DNA of 64,000 nucleotides from Ranitomeya imitator (Eukaryota). This document shows positions 1 through 12,613 of this stretch, one piece after another (position 1 is the stretch's first letter; every line of letters begins with the position of its first letter). Both the position numbers and the translations under genes were made by a program. Under the pieces are notes generated by a model. It had not been told where the DNA came from, made no database searches, and saw only the letters and a program-made list of their open reading frames with translations. The stretch spans positions 172,732,001 to 172,796,000 of the forward strand of contig NC_091288.1 in assembly GCF_032444005.1 (NCBI RefSeq), given 5' to 3'.

Positions 1-80
1 ATTATTTTGGGTTATTGTCAGTTCACTGTATGTGCTCTGACCTCCATGTCCATTGTGATTCTGAATTGCCTTTCATAACA
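1..80 (+). mobile_element. 3' end of an LTR, same family as the solo LTR at 56159-56977
   Basis: 1-80 (…GGTTATTGTCAG…CCATTGTG…CTGAATT…TTCATAACA) aligns by eye with 56900-56977 and ends in the same TTCATAACA terminus; truncated by the window start. Confidence 0.75.
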
Positions 81-357
81 TAAGCCCTCCCGGTATGGTC
101 CAAGTTTCCCACCCACTTGCTCTGTCAGCTGTAACTCCAAAACCTTTGATTGGTCATAACTTCTCTATGGAAGGTCATAGGGTGGTGGTTTTGGCACCAT
201 CAGATCCAACTGGGCCCCTGGTACACTTGGAGACCAAGCACGGCTTTGATACCTGGCTTCTACTAACTGTGCTAGGTATCTCTCTGAGTGCTAGAACGGG
301 TCCAGACCCCGGTTGGCGTTCGGCCCGTTCCTGAGATCTCAAAAATGTATCTGGTAT

Positions 358-850
358 TGTTACAGAACTGCAACACAGAACTAGGATAGAAGGGGGAAAA
401 CTGACCCTGCACTGAGACTAGGCTGAAACCCTACGATGGAGTGGGCGACCCATTCCTTGCGAATAGACCCACCGACGATCTTAGGTTAAGCTCAGCGAAG
501 ACCTATAGATGGGGAAGAAGGTTCCTGAAAGATCTAAAGACTGGGTATAAAAACAGGTCACTTCTTAATAGAAAACACAGAGATGGCTGCAGAAACCAAC
601 TGAAAACAGAAACTAAAGATAGCAGAACCAGAGATCCCAGAACTACACAATATCAAACACAGAAAGCTATCAAAGCACCGAGCCAGAACTCTAGCGGATT
701 AACACTGTTGTCCAGCAAGGAATGGGAGGCAGGTGCTGGGTAATAAAGGGTGATACAATCACCTGACCTAAGGCAACCCAGCACCAGGGGAAAAGACCAG
801 CAGCCAGAAAACCACAACAAGATGGCGGATGGTCAAAAACAAAACAGATT
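358..850 (-). mobile_element. Probable LTR fragment of a second family
   Basis: Starts with TGTTAC (…GTAACA on the minus strand) and has LTR-like composition. Distal boundary not resolved. Confidence 0.35.
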
Positions 851-854
851 CTAA

Positions 855-1282
855 AGCCCCCGTCACACACAGCGAGATCGCTAGCGAGATCGCTGCTGAG
901 TCACAAGTTTTGTGACGCAACAGCGACCTCAGTAGCGATCTCGCTATGTGTGACACGTAGCAGCGATCAGGCCCCTGCTGTGAGATCGCTGGTCGTGTCG
1001 GAATGGTCTGGGCCATTTTTTGATCGTTGAGGTCCCGCTGGGTAGCACACATTGCTGTGTTTGACACCTTACCAACGACCTCGCTGACAGGACGTCCCAT
1101 TGAATCGTCATGAAATAGGATCGTTCTACAGGTCGCTACAGGTCGCCGCATCGCTGCTGCGTTGTTGGTGAGATCTCACTGTTTGACATCTCACCAGGGA
1201 CCACATAGCGACGCTTGAGCGATCCCTGACAGGTCGTATCGTTGTCGGAATCGCTCAAGCGTCGCTATGTGTGACAGGGCCT
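855..1282. mobile_element. Palindromic MITE with TAA TSD (PIF/Harbinger- or T2/Kolobok-type)
   Basis: TIRs AGCCCCCGTCACAC / GTGTGACAGGGCCT; TAA at 852-854 and 1283-1285; internal repeated AGCGA/TCGCT palindromes. Confidence 0.75.
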
Positions 1283-2521
1283 TAACAGGTATACTTCTAG
1301 GACATACCATAAGTCCATCACTCCTTATGAAATTACTGCTCTGTCCAGCTGGGGGAATTCTTTCATCAATTAATTAGCTTTACACTCTCAATAGGGATCC
1401 ATCCTGCCAGGAATAGCTTGGTCCCAGATATCTGCTGGAGGTGTGAACTTAGCTTGGCCACCTACTGAGAATGGTTTCCTGTCTCAGCTTCACACTTTGT
1501 AAGAGGATGTATGATCTTGAACCGGATATGATAGTTGATCAACAAGAAATTACAGCCCCTATATTCTTCACAGACCTCTTTAATTATTATCTTGTAAAAT
1601 TATACAAGCTCATTATTGAGATTTGGCTGGAATACTTTGATCCATTTTTATACGTGTATTTTCTAAAACTAGGTAGGGGTGTGTAAGAGTAGTATTGTTT
1701 TGTTCTTAAGCCACCCATGCCACCCAAATGTACCTTTTCAGTTTTGTGTGTTGTTATGTTTAAGTAATTTACTTCCCCCATGTGTGAAGATCCAGACCAG
1801 TTGTTAAAAGCGAATGGTTAATAGCGTGATGGACACTGGCTGTTACTTTGTACATTTGCTTGGTGATCTACTAAGCAGACTGTTCCCAGACTACTGTACT
1901 GTATATTGTTTTTGCAGGCAGTACTATGAGATGTAGCAAGAATGTGTCAGTGCTATAATGTTCAGGGTATTTAGTGAGTCAGGAAGAATATGTAATATTG
2001 TAAGATTAAACGCCTTGTGGTTAACATGCTTTTCAGACTAAACAATTATGCCCTAGGCTCTCTTTGCTTAGAGGGTGGGTGAGATCTCAGCTATGACATA
2101 TAAAACAATTCCATCATTGAATAACTAAAGCAGACATCTAGTAATACTGATCATGGAAAAGCTAGCCCATATGGTATTAATGGCTTATATACCGGATGGG
2201 AAACAGCACATCAAGTGAATATAAACCATTGCTTTTATCAGTCTGTCATGGGTTTTCCATTGAAACGGAAATATATTCACACTGAAATCTTCCAACACCT
2301 ATGTCTTCAAAGTTTGACAAAGAGCACTGTCTGTTAGGACTTATACACGGCAGCGTCCAGTGCACACAGCCCGTAGGATAGTGGTGTAGGCTTTATGGCA
2401 CCCTAGTGGGATTGGCCTCCATGTGTTACAGTACACCCTTGGATGCCATATGTACAGAGACAGTGTTAATACTTCTTGGGGATAATTCCTATTTACCCAT
2501 ACCCCCATATGAAGTCAAGAA

Positions 2522-2734
2522 TAGAGTTGAGCGAATTTGTTCAGATTCTGTCGCCAAATTTGAATTTGCCATATTGGTACCCTATTCGTGCCGAATTTAT
2601 GTTCCGGACATATTCGGTAACTTCTACTTCCATTGACTCTAATGACGTTCGGCTGTGTTCGACGAATACTGCAAAAATAATATTAGCTGCCGATCGTAAT
2701 CGGAACCGAATTTTGAAAAATATGCTCAACTCTA
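2522..2734. mobile_element. hAT MITE, 213 bp
   Basis: Termini TAGAGTTGAGCGA…GCTCAACTCTA; perfect 8-bp TSD GTCAAGAA at 2514-2521 and 2735-2742. Confidence 0.9.
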
Positions 2735-3320
2735 GTCAAGAAATAATATTCAACTTTAGAATTCCATATATCGTTTTTTTTTGCTTTTTTACAAAACTGA
2801 GCTTACATTAGCATAACATGTTAAAGCAGGTATGATTCTATAAAAAAATATGCTATATAATATAGCCTTATAAGTTAGATGTTTGTGCCAACGGGAAATC
2901 AGGCACCTTTTTAGACCACGCTTTTTTTTGGCAGACTACTCCCAGTTAGACTCCCTCCCTCATCCGTAAAAATGGTAATAGTAAGAAAAGCTAAAGGCAT
3001 ATTTTCGTGTAGTCCTATATATTACCACGAGTAACACACATCGATACTTCTTAGAATACTAATAATATAGTAGGTGTTGTACAAACATTCCAAGAGATTA
3101 CAAAAGCTATACAATGGACAGCACAAGGAAGTCAGACTCCAATGGTTTTGCCCAAGGCTAAATACAACAGTTCAATGTTCTTGACATACAGTGGCATGTA
3201 AAAGTTCGGGCACCCCTGTTCAAAATTACTGTTTTTGTGAACTGTTAAGCAAGTTGAACACGAAATGATCTCTAAAGGGCCTAAAGTTAAAGATGACATA
3301 TTTCCTTTGTATTTTAGGAA

Positions 3321-3373
<53 letters not shown>

Positions 3374-3630
3374 TTTTACATTTTAAAAATTCCGAAAAGG
3401 AAAATGGGCAGGTGCAAAAGTTTGTGCATTCTGTATGGTTTATACCTAGTAGCACTCCCTTTTCAAAGTATCACAGCTTGTAAACGCTTTTTGTAGCCAG
3501 AAAAAAAGTCTTTCAAATTTTGTTTGAGGGATTTTCATTCATTCTTTCTTGGAAAATTCTTCAAATTCTGTGAGATTCCTGGGTCTATTTTGAGGTCTAG
3601 CCACAGATTTTCAATGATTGTTTTATACAA

Positions 3631-4777
3631 TACGATCTCACGCCTGCCTTATTAGAAAACACCAGTGATTGTCTTACCGCTGTCTCTAGCATCATGTCCT
3701 CCCTCTATCTGAAACTAAACCTGTCAAAAACTGAACTCCTCGTGTTTTCTCCCTCTACTAACCTACCTTTGCCTGACATTGCCATCTCCGTTTGCGGTTC
3801 CACCATTACTCCAAAGCAACATGCCCGCTGCCTTGGGGTCATCCTTGATTCTGACCTTTCATTCACCCCCCACATCCGATCACTGGCTCGCTCTTCTTAC
3901 CTGCATCTCAAAAACATTTCTAGAATTCGCCCTTTTCTTACTTTCGACTCTGCAAAAACTCTTACTGTTTCACTTATTCATTCTCGTCTGGACTATTGTA
4001 ACTCTCTACTAATCGGCCTCCCTCTTACCAAACTCTCCCCGCTCCAATCTGTCCTGAATGCTGCTGCCAGGATCATATTCCTCACCAACCGTTACACCGA
4101 TGCCTCTACCTTGTGCCAGTCATTACACTGGTTACCCATCCACTCAAGAATCCAGTACAAAACTACTACCCTCATCCACAAAGCACTCCATGGCTCAGCA
4201 CCACCCTACATCTCCTCTCTGGTCTCAGTCTACCACCCTACCCGTGCCCTCCGCTCCGCTGATGACCTCAGGTTAGCATCCTCAATAATCAGAACCTCCC
4301 ACTCCCGTCTCCAAGACTTTACACGTGCTGCGCCGATTCTTTGGAATGCACTACCTAGGATAATACGATTAATCCCCAATCCCCACAGTTTTAAGCGTGC
4401 CCTAAAAACTCATTTGTTCAGACTGGCCTACCGCCTCAATGCATTAACCTAACGATCCCTGTGTGGCCTATACTAAAAAAAAAAAAAAAATTAATTAACT
4501 GGTTCATGCAGCTTTACATGAACACCCAAGCCTTACACTATGGCTGGTCCGAATAACTATAGCAATTGTTACCATCCACCTCTCGTGTCTCCCCTTTTCC
4601 TCATAGTTTGTAAGCTTACGAGCAGGGCCCTCACTCCTCTTGGTATCTGTTTTGAACTGTATTTCTGTTATGCTGTAATGTCTATTGTATGTACAAGTCC
4701 CCTCTATAATTTGTAAAGCGCTGCGGAATATGTTGGCGCTATATAAATAAAATTATTATTATTATTATTATTATTAT
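3631..4777 (+). mobile_element. 5'-truncated L2-clade LINE
   Basis: ORF2 C-terminus; 3' end …GCGCTGCGGAATATGTTGGCGCTATATAAATAAA(ATT)n; TSD TATACAA at 3624-3630 and 4778-4784. Confidence 0.9.
3694..4452 (+). pseudogene. L2 ORF2 C-terminal fragment, 252 aa open
   Basis: [36 protein letters not shown] and LHWLP motifs typical of L2 ORF2 downstream of the RT core. Confidence 0.9.
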
Positions 4778-5223
4778 TATACAAGAAGATCTGAGTCCAT
4801 TGTATATAACAATTTAAAGATTTTATTAATACAAAAAATATATCAAAAACGTACATTAACAATATAAAATTTTATGTGGGTACAAAAAGTTTTGATCCAA
4901 AGGTGAAAGAAAAGCAGTGGCCGGAGGCTATGGTCAGGATGACATAATTATGATGCGAACCACCAATTAATTGTGTGAAAGCAGAGAGTTCCACAGCAGA
5001 TACCAGCACACAAAAAAAGTGGTCCTATGCCTGATTGTTCAGTATAGGACTCTATACATAAACATGGCAAGAGGGCAGTCGTAACAGAAATGCTATTATG
5101 TGGAGTCTACTGTGAAGTGTCACATATGTTTCTGGTGTGCGCTGTACATATAAATCCAATTATAGAAAATAAAAGGTTAATCACTCATTTAGTAATGGAT
5201 CCTGCCAAGACTGTGACCACGTA

Positions 5224-5264
5224 CCCCGACACGCATTTTGCGTGAATGTCGCTTCTTCAGGGGG
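5224..5264 (-). ncRNA. Degenerate type I hammerhead ribozyme motif
   Basis: Minus strand reads CCCC-CTGAAGA-A-GCG acattca CGC-AAAA-T GCGT GTC-GGGG. GAAAC has become AAAAT, consistent with CpG decay. Confidence 0.55.
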
Positions 5265-6829
5265 TGCCCTGACTCAGATCCTCCTTTTTAAAACAATTTA
5301 GTGCAAGAGTCAATAAGTTGAAGGGTACATTGTTAATTTTGGAACTACTATTTCTTATCTTATCCTAGATTTTCAATGATGTTTAGATAAGGGGACTGTG
5401 AGGGCTATTGTGAAACCTTCAGCTTGCACTTACTGAGGTAGTCTATTTTGGATTTTGACATGCGTTTAGGATCATTATCCATTTGTAGAAGCCATCCTCT
5501 TTTGAACTTCAGCTTTTTATTTTTTTACAGATGGTGTTATGTTTGCATATGTTTGCATCAAGAATTTGTTGAATTTTTTTCTCCACACATACCTTTGATC
5601 ATTTTAGCTAAAGAGTTCTATTTTAACCTCACCGGTCCATGGGACTTGTTTCCAAAATGCATCAGGCTTATTTAGATTTTCTTTTGCATACTTCTCACAC
5701 TGAATTGTATTATGAGAACACAGAATGACTCTTCCATGAAGGCCATATTTGTACAGGTGACTCTGAACAGTAGAACAATGTACCACAACTCCAGAGTCCG
5801 CTAAATCTTTCTGAAGGTCTTTTGCAGTCAAGCGGTGTTCTTATTTGCCTCTCTAGCAATACTACGAGCAGCTTTCACTAACATTTTGCTTGGTCTTCCA
5901 GACCTTATCTTGGCTTCCACTGTCCTGTTAACTTCCATTTCTTAATTACATTTCAAACTGAGGTAAGGGAAGCTTGAAAATGCTTTTAAATCTATATATA
6001 ACCTTCTCTTGCATTGTGGGCCTCCATCATTTTCATTTTCAGAGTGCTAGGTTGCTGCTTAGAAGAACCCATGGCTGTTTTTTGGCACAAAGTTAGAGGA
6101 AGCTGCGTTTTTATAGAGCTTGAAAAAATTGCATGACCTGGCCTTTCCTATTGATGATACTGAACAAGTCATAATCCTAACTGGCTAATTCAAGTTTGAA
6201 ACCTAGGTTAAAGTTATTTGAGCACACAAATCTCTAAGGGCATCCAAACCTTTGCATCAGCCCATTTTCCTTTTTGTAATTTTTAAAATGTAAACAATTA
6301 CTATTTTTCTTGCCCCCAAAAATAAACAAAATGTGTCAATTCTAACTTTAGGCATGTTAGAGATCATTTCATCTTCAGCTTGCTTAACTGTTCGCAATAA
6401 AAGTAATTTTGACCAGCGGTGCCCAAACTTTTACATGCCACTGTAAATACAGATGAATACAGCACAAGAAACACCATTAGTGTATAGCTCTCACCCATCA
6501 TCTGTACATTAATATTGTAACAGTTCTATCATCAGTAAATAGCACCAGAATCATCATCAGTACAGTAATACAGCACCAGAATAAAACATTAGTAGACGAA
6601 TACAGCACCAGAACAGCCATCAGTACATGAATTCCGCACCAGAACCCACATCAGTACATGATTACAACACCAGAACCATCATCAATATAATCAATATTGG
6701 GTTGACTAAGGACAGAAGCTTCAGAGAAAACAGTCTTGTGGGCAGCAAAAGCATCAACAACCTCAATAGACCAAGAGGACAAATATGTACCTTTCTTGGT
6801 CATATCAGTAAGAGGTTTGACTATAACCA

Positions 6830-8030
6830 AAAAGTTCTTAATTAACCTAAGATAAAAATTAGCAACCCCTAAGAACCTTTATAAGGCTTTACAATTAGTT
6901 GGTTGTACCCAATCAAGGACGGCTTGTACCTTCATGGTATCCATCTGAACACAATCATAAGACCTATGCAGGAGAAGAACTTCACCCTCAGTCTCAGAAA
7001 AAAATATCCTCAGAATCCTGAACCAAATCGGGAGGAGGAGATCTCATAGATGACAGGGATTTAGATAAACATTTGGAATACAGATATTCCACCCAGACTT
7101 AACTTCTCGAGTCTAACAATTGTTGTTAGGATTGTGTTTCCTCAACCAGGGCACACCCAACACAATTTTAGCTGGCAAAAAAGGAAGAACCATTAATTCA
7201 ATGGATTATGTGTGTAACACACCCACTTTCATGCACACATTCGCAGCCTTAGAAGTAACATGAGTCTGGGTAAGGGGAGAACTATAAATTGCGGCAACAA
7301 ACAGGATGACCAAGAGCCACGACTCTGTACCCACACTCGACAGCAAAAATACTGTTAATGAGATCTAAGGCAGAACCTGAGCCAACAAATGCAGAGGTAA
7401 CTATGACTCCAGATTTGGTTGCCAAAGACACTTGTAAAAACAACCAGTAGTTTGCATGTGAGAAAACCTCAAACCTTTATAATTAATGTCCTTACATATT
7501 AGTGGCTTTTTTTCCTTTTCCTTAGCTTTAAGAAATTCATTATTGAATCTGAAACACTAAACCATTACATGACCCGTTCTACTACAGTATAGACAGAAAC
7601 GAGCAGGTGTTTCAAGTTTTACTCCCTCCTTGTAAGCTCTGCAGGCCCCAATCTGCATCGGTTCTCCTGCTTGAGTAGGATGAGAGGGAGAAGTCACAAA
7701 AATACCTCTTATCCCTAAGATGTAGGTCCAAACGTACTGACAGTGACATTGTCTCATTCAGTGATAACGGAGAGAGGGACTATAAGCCATCATATCGCAT
7801 ATCTGACTAGTAAGACCCTGGCAAAATTGACTGCGGAGAGCTGGGTCATTCCAGGTGGTCCTCACTGTCTGAACTGAGAGCAATTGTCCTGTACATTACG
7901 TTTTCCCTGATCCAACCTGCGGATTTTTGATTCCGCAATCGTCACTTTATCGGGGTCATCATAAATAAAACAATGAAACAATAATGGAGTAGAGGAGTCG
8001 GGAAACAAGTTTACAACTGTTTTATTTTAT
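6830..8030 (-). pseudogene. Ty3/Gypsy gag-protease remnant
   Basis: Minus-strand translation gives YDDPDKVTIAESKIRRLDQG and WNDPALRSQFCQGL, then EPMQIG and zinc knuckle CLYCSRTGH (ORF 7557-7757), and a DSG-like protease motif near 7400. Frameshifted; boundaries approximate. Confidence 0.75.
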
Positions 8031-10636
8031 TCTATTTGCAGTTGTTCCTAATTTTTGTAGACGTTGGATGGTAATGTTCTGTTTTTGTGTCTTTTTTCTT
8101 TAAAGCATGGTTTCGTAAAGCAAAGTCAAAGATTCAGTTTGCTTACCTATACTTATATATGTACTTCCCTTGGCTTGTTGGAGTCCCCTGAAGAAACCAA
8201 GACCCCATGTTTCACCTAGTTATGCCCCTGCTTTAAGGTGTTGTCTCAAAGCAATCATATAAAAAGTAGAATAGAAGATGTTCGATTGTGAAATTGATAC
8301 AATGGCACAGCGTAACTCAATTCTGCATGTTGATGAGGATATTACACTTATCAACATTTTTGTAAGATTCATCAAAGGAAATATTTATTCAAGAGCTACG
8401 GTTATTTTACCTACAGCAAAGTGAAAAAAGCATAATTGCTTCATGAAACCAAGCATGACATGTTCTGCCTTTTTTTTTCTATTGTAGAAGATGTAAAGGA
8501 GTTAAACGCAGAAAGATTTGGGAAACCGGTCGTAGAAACATAACTTATCAGCAGTCTGACTCCTATCCTATTATATATGTATTTATGTATGTGTATTTGC
8601 ATTTATATAGCTTTTCCAAGCTACATCGAACTTTACAAGATAGACAGTAGAATATGGGTAATTTTCATATAATGGGTTCTTCAAACATAAAAATGCATAA
8701 TAGAAATATAAATCGCACCCTTACAGCCTGTAAAGTGAGCACTCTTTACACAGATTTCAATGGACAGAATATTAGAGATTTTTAATAATATCTTCAACTG
8801 AGGCCGACTTTCACCCGTGACTGTAAAAAATTAGACTATTCTTCAAAGTTCACAATTGTGTTATTTCTTGTTTAGCTACTGTGCCTTTTTTTCTATAAAG
8901 TACACAAATCTTCTATAATGACATAAAAATGTCTCATTGTAAAAGTATTGAAGCAAATGCACAGGCCCAACGGCAGCATGAACACGCACGCAAGTTGTGT
9001 TCAAATAATGGTATTAATGTGTTTTGTGAGTGGGCACAGAGTGTGTACAAAGCCATATTAGACAACCATTGAAGGGTATGAGGCTTTATCGTGTCTCCAT
9101 ATGCCTCTAATTTTATATATAGGCAAATAAAAACTTGTTTCATTGCATGCCCATAGGTGGATTAAAATGAGGGCAATCTCGGCTACCACCCGTAGCCAGA
9201 CCTCTGATTGTTGCCAATGGCCAGATTTACCTTATTATAATATTTTGTGCGCCTCCAACACGGTGCTTATTCCTTGGCAGAGAGCTCTCCCGAATCTTCA
9301 CTGCCAGTAATAGTGAATGGCGGCGTAGCTCGAGGGGAGCTGCTCCCATCGCCTTTCCTGTGACTTGCTTCAGCTGACACGATGGCGCCATCACGCCAAC
9401 ATGTATGCGATGGCCACAAGAAGAAGTGGAGCCGCAGGAGGTTGTATGGAGAGGTAAATAGAAAAAAAATGTTTTTTACCATAAAATGAAATGGGGGTGG
9501 GAGGGAGGAAATTATAATGTATTAAGGGTGGGGGGCGGGAGAGAGGAAATTATATAATTATGAATTGAGGGTGGAGGGTGAAAGAGAACGGGTCATAATG
9601 AGTTTGAGGAGCGCTTCATGTAAATATAATGAATTGGCGAGTCATATAATTATAACGAATTGGGGTGCACAGTAGTGGGGCGTTAATGATGTCTGAGAGT
9701 GACTGGTAATGGATTGGAAGACAGAGTGACTAATTTATTTATATATTTATAGGGCAGAGGAAAAAGTGGCTAATTATAGTTTATAGGGGCACAGTGGTGG
9801 ATTATCGATTTATGTTTGTAATGGTGTGTTACATAATAGCTAATTATATATTACTTGTGGGAGCATGTCTGTATTCAGTGGTTCTTGGGGGGGGGATTTC
9901 TTATTCAGGAAATATTGTTCTGTTTAATTTTGTGCTACTTTCGATTTTTAATTGTTTTGTTTGTAGATTCCACAAAATAACACAAGAACACAAACATAAA
10001 AAATAAAATAACAACGACACAAAATGACACAGAAAAAACAAAATTACACAAAAAAGTTGTAAAGAATGAAGACACAAAAATACATGCAAAACAATTAAAA
10101 CACAAAACACACAGAAAGCAACACAAAATAGAAAAAAAAACACTACTTATTTTTCTGTCTTGTGTGCACAAATATTCCTGCCTGGAGACCACGAAGAGCT
10201 GGCTGCTGTTTACAGTACTTTCTGTGGCTTTTAGCGTTGACTTATGTTTTATACTTCTATGTTTGTACTAGGAAAAATGTTGATTAAAGGAGTATTTCAA
10301 ATGTTATTCAGGGCAGAGACAGCAGAACATTAGAGCAGGAGTTCCCAGCAATATAGCACGGCTGGCTTTGTCACACGGTCCAAAGCAGAGCAGGTCAGTG
10401 GTATAGCAAACTTACCCAGCCATAAAGCAGAGCTGAGTGGGTCAAAAAGTTCAGTATAGCATAAGCTGGCCAATGATAAAGCAGAGTTGATTCAGTGATG
10501 CAGCAGAGCTGATTTAGTCTCAGAGTCTGGAATAGTAAAGGCTGACTAGTGGTATAGTAGAGTTGAGACTTGTAGCAGAGCTGATTTTGACGCAGAAAAG
10601 CAAAGTTGGCAAAGTGATATACTACAGTTACCTTTT

Positions 10637-11306
10637 TATAGAACCAAAAACACATGGGCTACTTGCACAGTGAACAACTCTGTAGGAACATGTTCACACA
10701 CCACCAAGAAACTTGAAGACACAAAAAGAGGACAGTGAGGTCAAAAATACTCTGTTGTAAAGAAGTCACAGTAAATAAGCAAGTGCTAGTCAAAAAATTA
10801 AAAAAATACAGGGTATTTAGTTAATATGTTTTTTTTTTTTGCAAAAAAATGTATATTAAGCTGCTCTACCAATCGTCAAGATATACCCATAATAGAGCAG
10901 TCCTATCTAATGTATATAATCCCTATCTGATGTATTTAAAAACCTGATCATCTGTATAGTACCTGTATAAGCAGGGTTCAGAGAGGGAATATCCATGTGG
11001 ACATGCAGGACGGAACAGCTTGAGTGCAAATGACCCACAGAGGAGTGGTGGACTCCCCAGTCTTGTAGAAACAAGGGAACAATTATAGAACCAAAAACAC
11101 ATGGGCTACTTGCACAGTGAACAAGTCTGTAGAAACCTGTTCACACCACCAAGAAACTTGAAGACACAAAAAGAGCACAGTGAGGTCAAAAATACTCTGT
11201 TGTAAAGAAGTCACAGTAAATAAGCAAGTGCTAGTCAAAAAATGAAAAAAATACAGGGTATTTAGATAATACGTTTTTTTGCAAAAAATTGTATATTAAG
11301 CTGCTC
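10637..11306. mobile_element. Non-coding insertion of about 1.5 tandem copies of a ~446-bp unit
   Basis: 10637-10865 repeats at 11083-11306; flanked by 12-bp TSD CAGTTACCTTTT at 10625-10636 and 11307-11318. Confidence 0.75.
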
Positions 11307-12222
11307 CAGTTACCTTTTGATGTACCAGTGATAAGCAGGGACATGTTTTGCATAAAGTCCAAGAGAAAAATCAGTTTATATTAGCAACAAGGATGTCAAG
11401 TACTTGAATACTCAAGCGGCAAGCCTGCCACCTGACATTACCTATGAAGCCTCAACACGTGACATCATAGGAGCGCAGTAAGTCAACATGGCATCATCAT
11501 GCACAGAAAAGCAGAGGGAGCTGGCTGAGGCAGGAGGAGGTTTTGGATGCAAGAGAAGTGAGTAACAGTAAGCATCAAATGGAGTCTTTTAGATCTTTTG
11601 GAACCATTTGTTCATTAGAGCCTGGAGACAGGATACTCAAGTACCTTAAAGGGAATCTGTCACCAGATGTTTGCTACTTCATCTGAGAGCAGCATGATGT
11701 AGGCAAAGAGAAGCTGAATTCAACAATGCATCACTTAGTTTACTGAGCACAACAGTTTTGATACCATCAGATTCAGTATTCTTAGATTTAGCATGTAGCA
11801 GAATTCAGAAATCTTCCCCCCACCCTCACCACAGCCTTTTATGTCCATTGTATATTGACAGTAAGCTGCTTATCAGAAGAAGGGGCGTGTCTGGACTAGC
11901 AGTCACATGAGCTGTGGTCCAGGCAGTGATAATGTCCTGCTGATAAAACCTCTTGTGTAGAAACCACAGCCCAGAAACTAATAAGTGACACACCGCTGAA
12001 ATCTGTGTTTCAGTCTCTTCATCATGCTGTCCTCACATTGCATAACAAATACCTGCTGACAGATTACGTTTAATTACAAAGACTTCCCTCCATACACTTT
12101 TTATTATCTTTGGATCAGTTCCTTTCATTGATGTTTGCAAATAATGTTGTACCTGTGAAAAAGTGACATGACCACAGCTTGGCACCATATACCTGAATGA
12201 TGGAACCTATCAGAGTAGTAAC

Positions 12223-12613
12223 TGGGGATAAGCTGATCAGATAAAATCGAATTAGGCTTGTTGGCGCATATTTTCAAGGGAAATTCGATTCACAAAGACG
12301 TTATTCTCTGTGAATTTAATGTCCCCTATTATGTTCTGGGGACTTATTCTAGGCCGGGAATGTGCAGTGAATTGCCACCAGGAGCCCCACATTAGAGTGA
12401 ACACGACAGAGGAGCGGCGGACTGGACAGCAGGTGGGGGAGCACTGAGGGGGTGAGCAGTGAGGTACGTTATTTTACTCTTTTTAACCTTTTGCTGGCCT
12501 TCTACTGTTTTGTAAGATGGTGGATTTGCAGAATTGGAGCGAATTACCAAAAAAATTCTGAGGAATGCATAATTTTGTAAAATCTGAGTAGAATTTAATT
12601 GCACTCATTTCTA
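12223..12613. mobile_element. Old hAT MITE
   Basis: Degenerate TAGAGATGAGC-type termini (TGGGGATAAGC…CACTCATTTCTA); TSD GTAGTAAC/GTAGTAAT (7 of 8). Confidence 0.7.

Larger units (their letters stand above)
3619..5366 (-). mobile_element. Penelope-like fragment inserted in the Tc1 and itself interrupted by an L2
   Basis: 14-bp TSD AGATTTTCAATGAT at 3605-3618 and 5367-5380; hammerhead-like motif at 5224-5264. The family assignment is inferred from that motif. Confidence 0.6.
3189..6443 (-). mobile_element. Degenerate Tc1/mariner transposon with nested insertions
   Basis: TIRs CAGTGGCATGTAAAAGTT…/…AACTTTTACATGCCACTG with TA on both sides; transposase remnant at 5604-5831 (MTAKDLQKDLADSGVVVHCSTV…WKQVPWTGEVKIELF). 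Confidence 0.9.

Noticed and set aside
8185-8220. CCCCTGAAGAA…CATGTTTCACC as another hammerhead
   Set aside because: The two half-cores are on opposite strands and no TSD or arms were found; too weak to call.
9794-10192. Hydrophobic ORFs suggesting membrane proteins
   Set aside because: Low-complexity A/C-rich sequence that reads as Phe/Val/Cys on the opposite strand.
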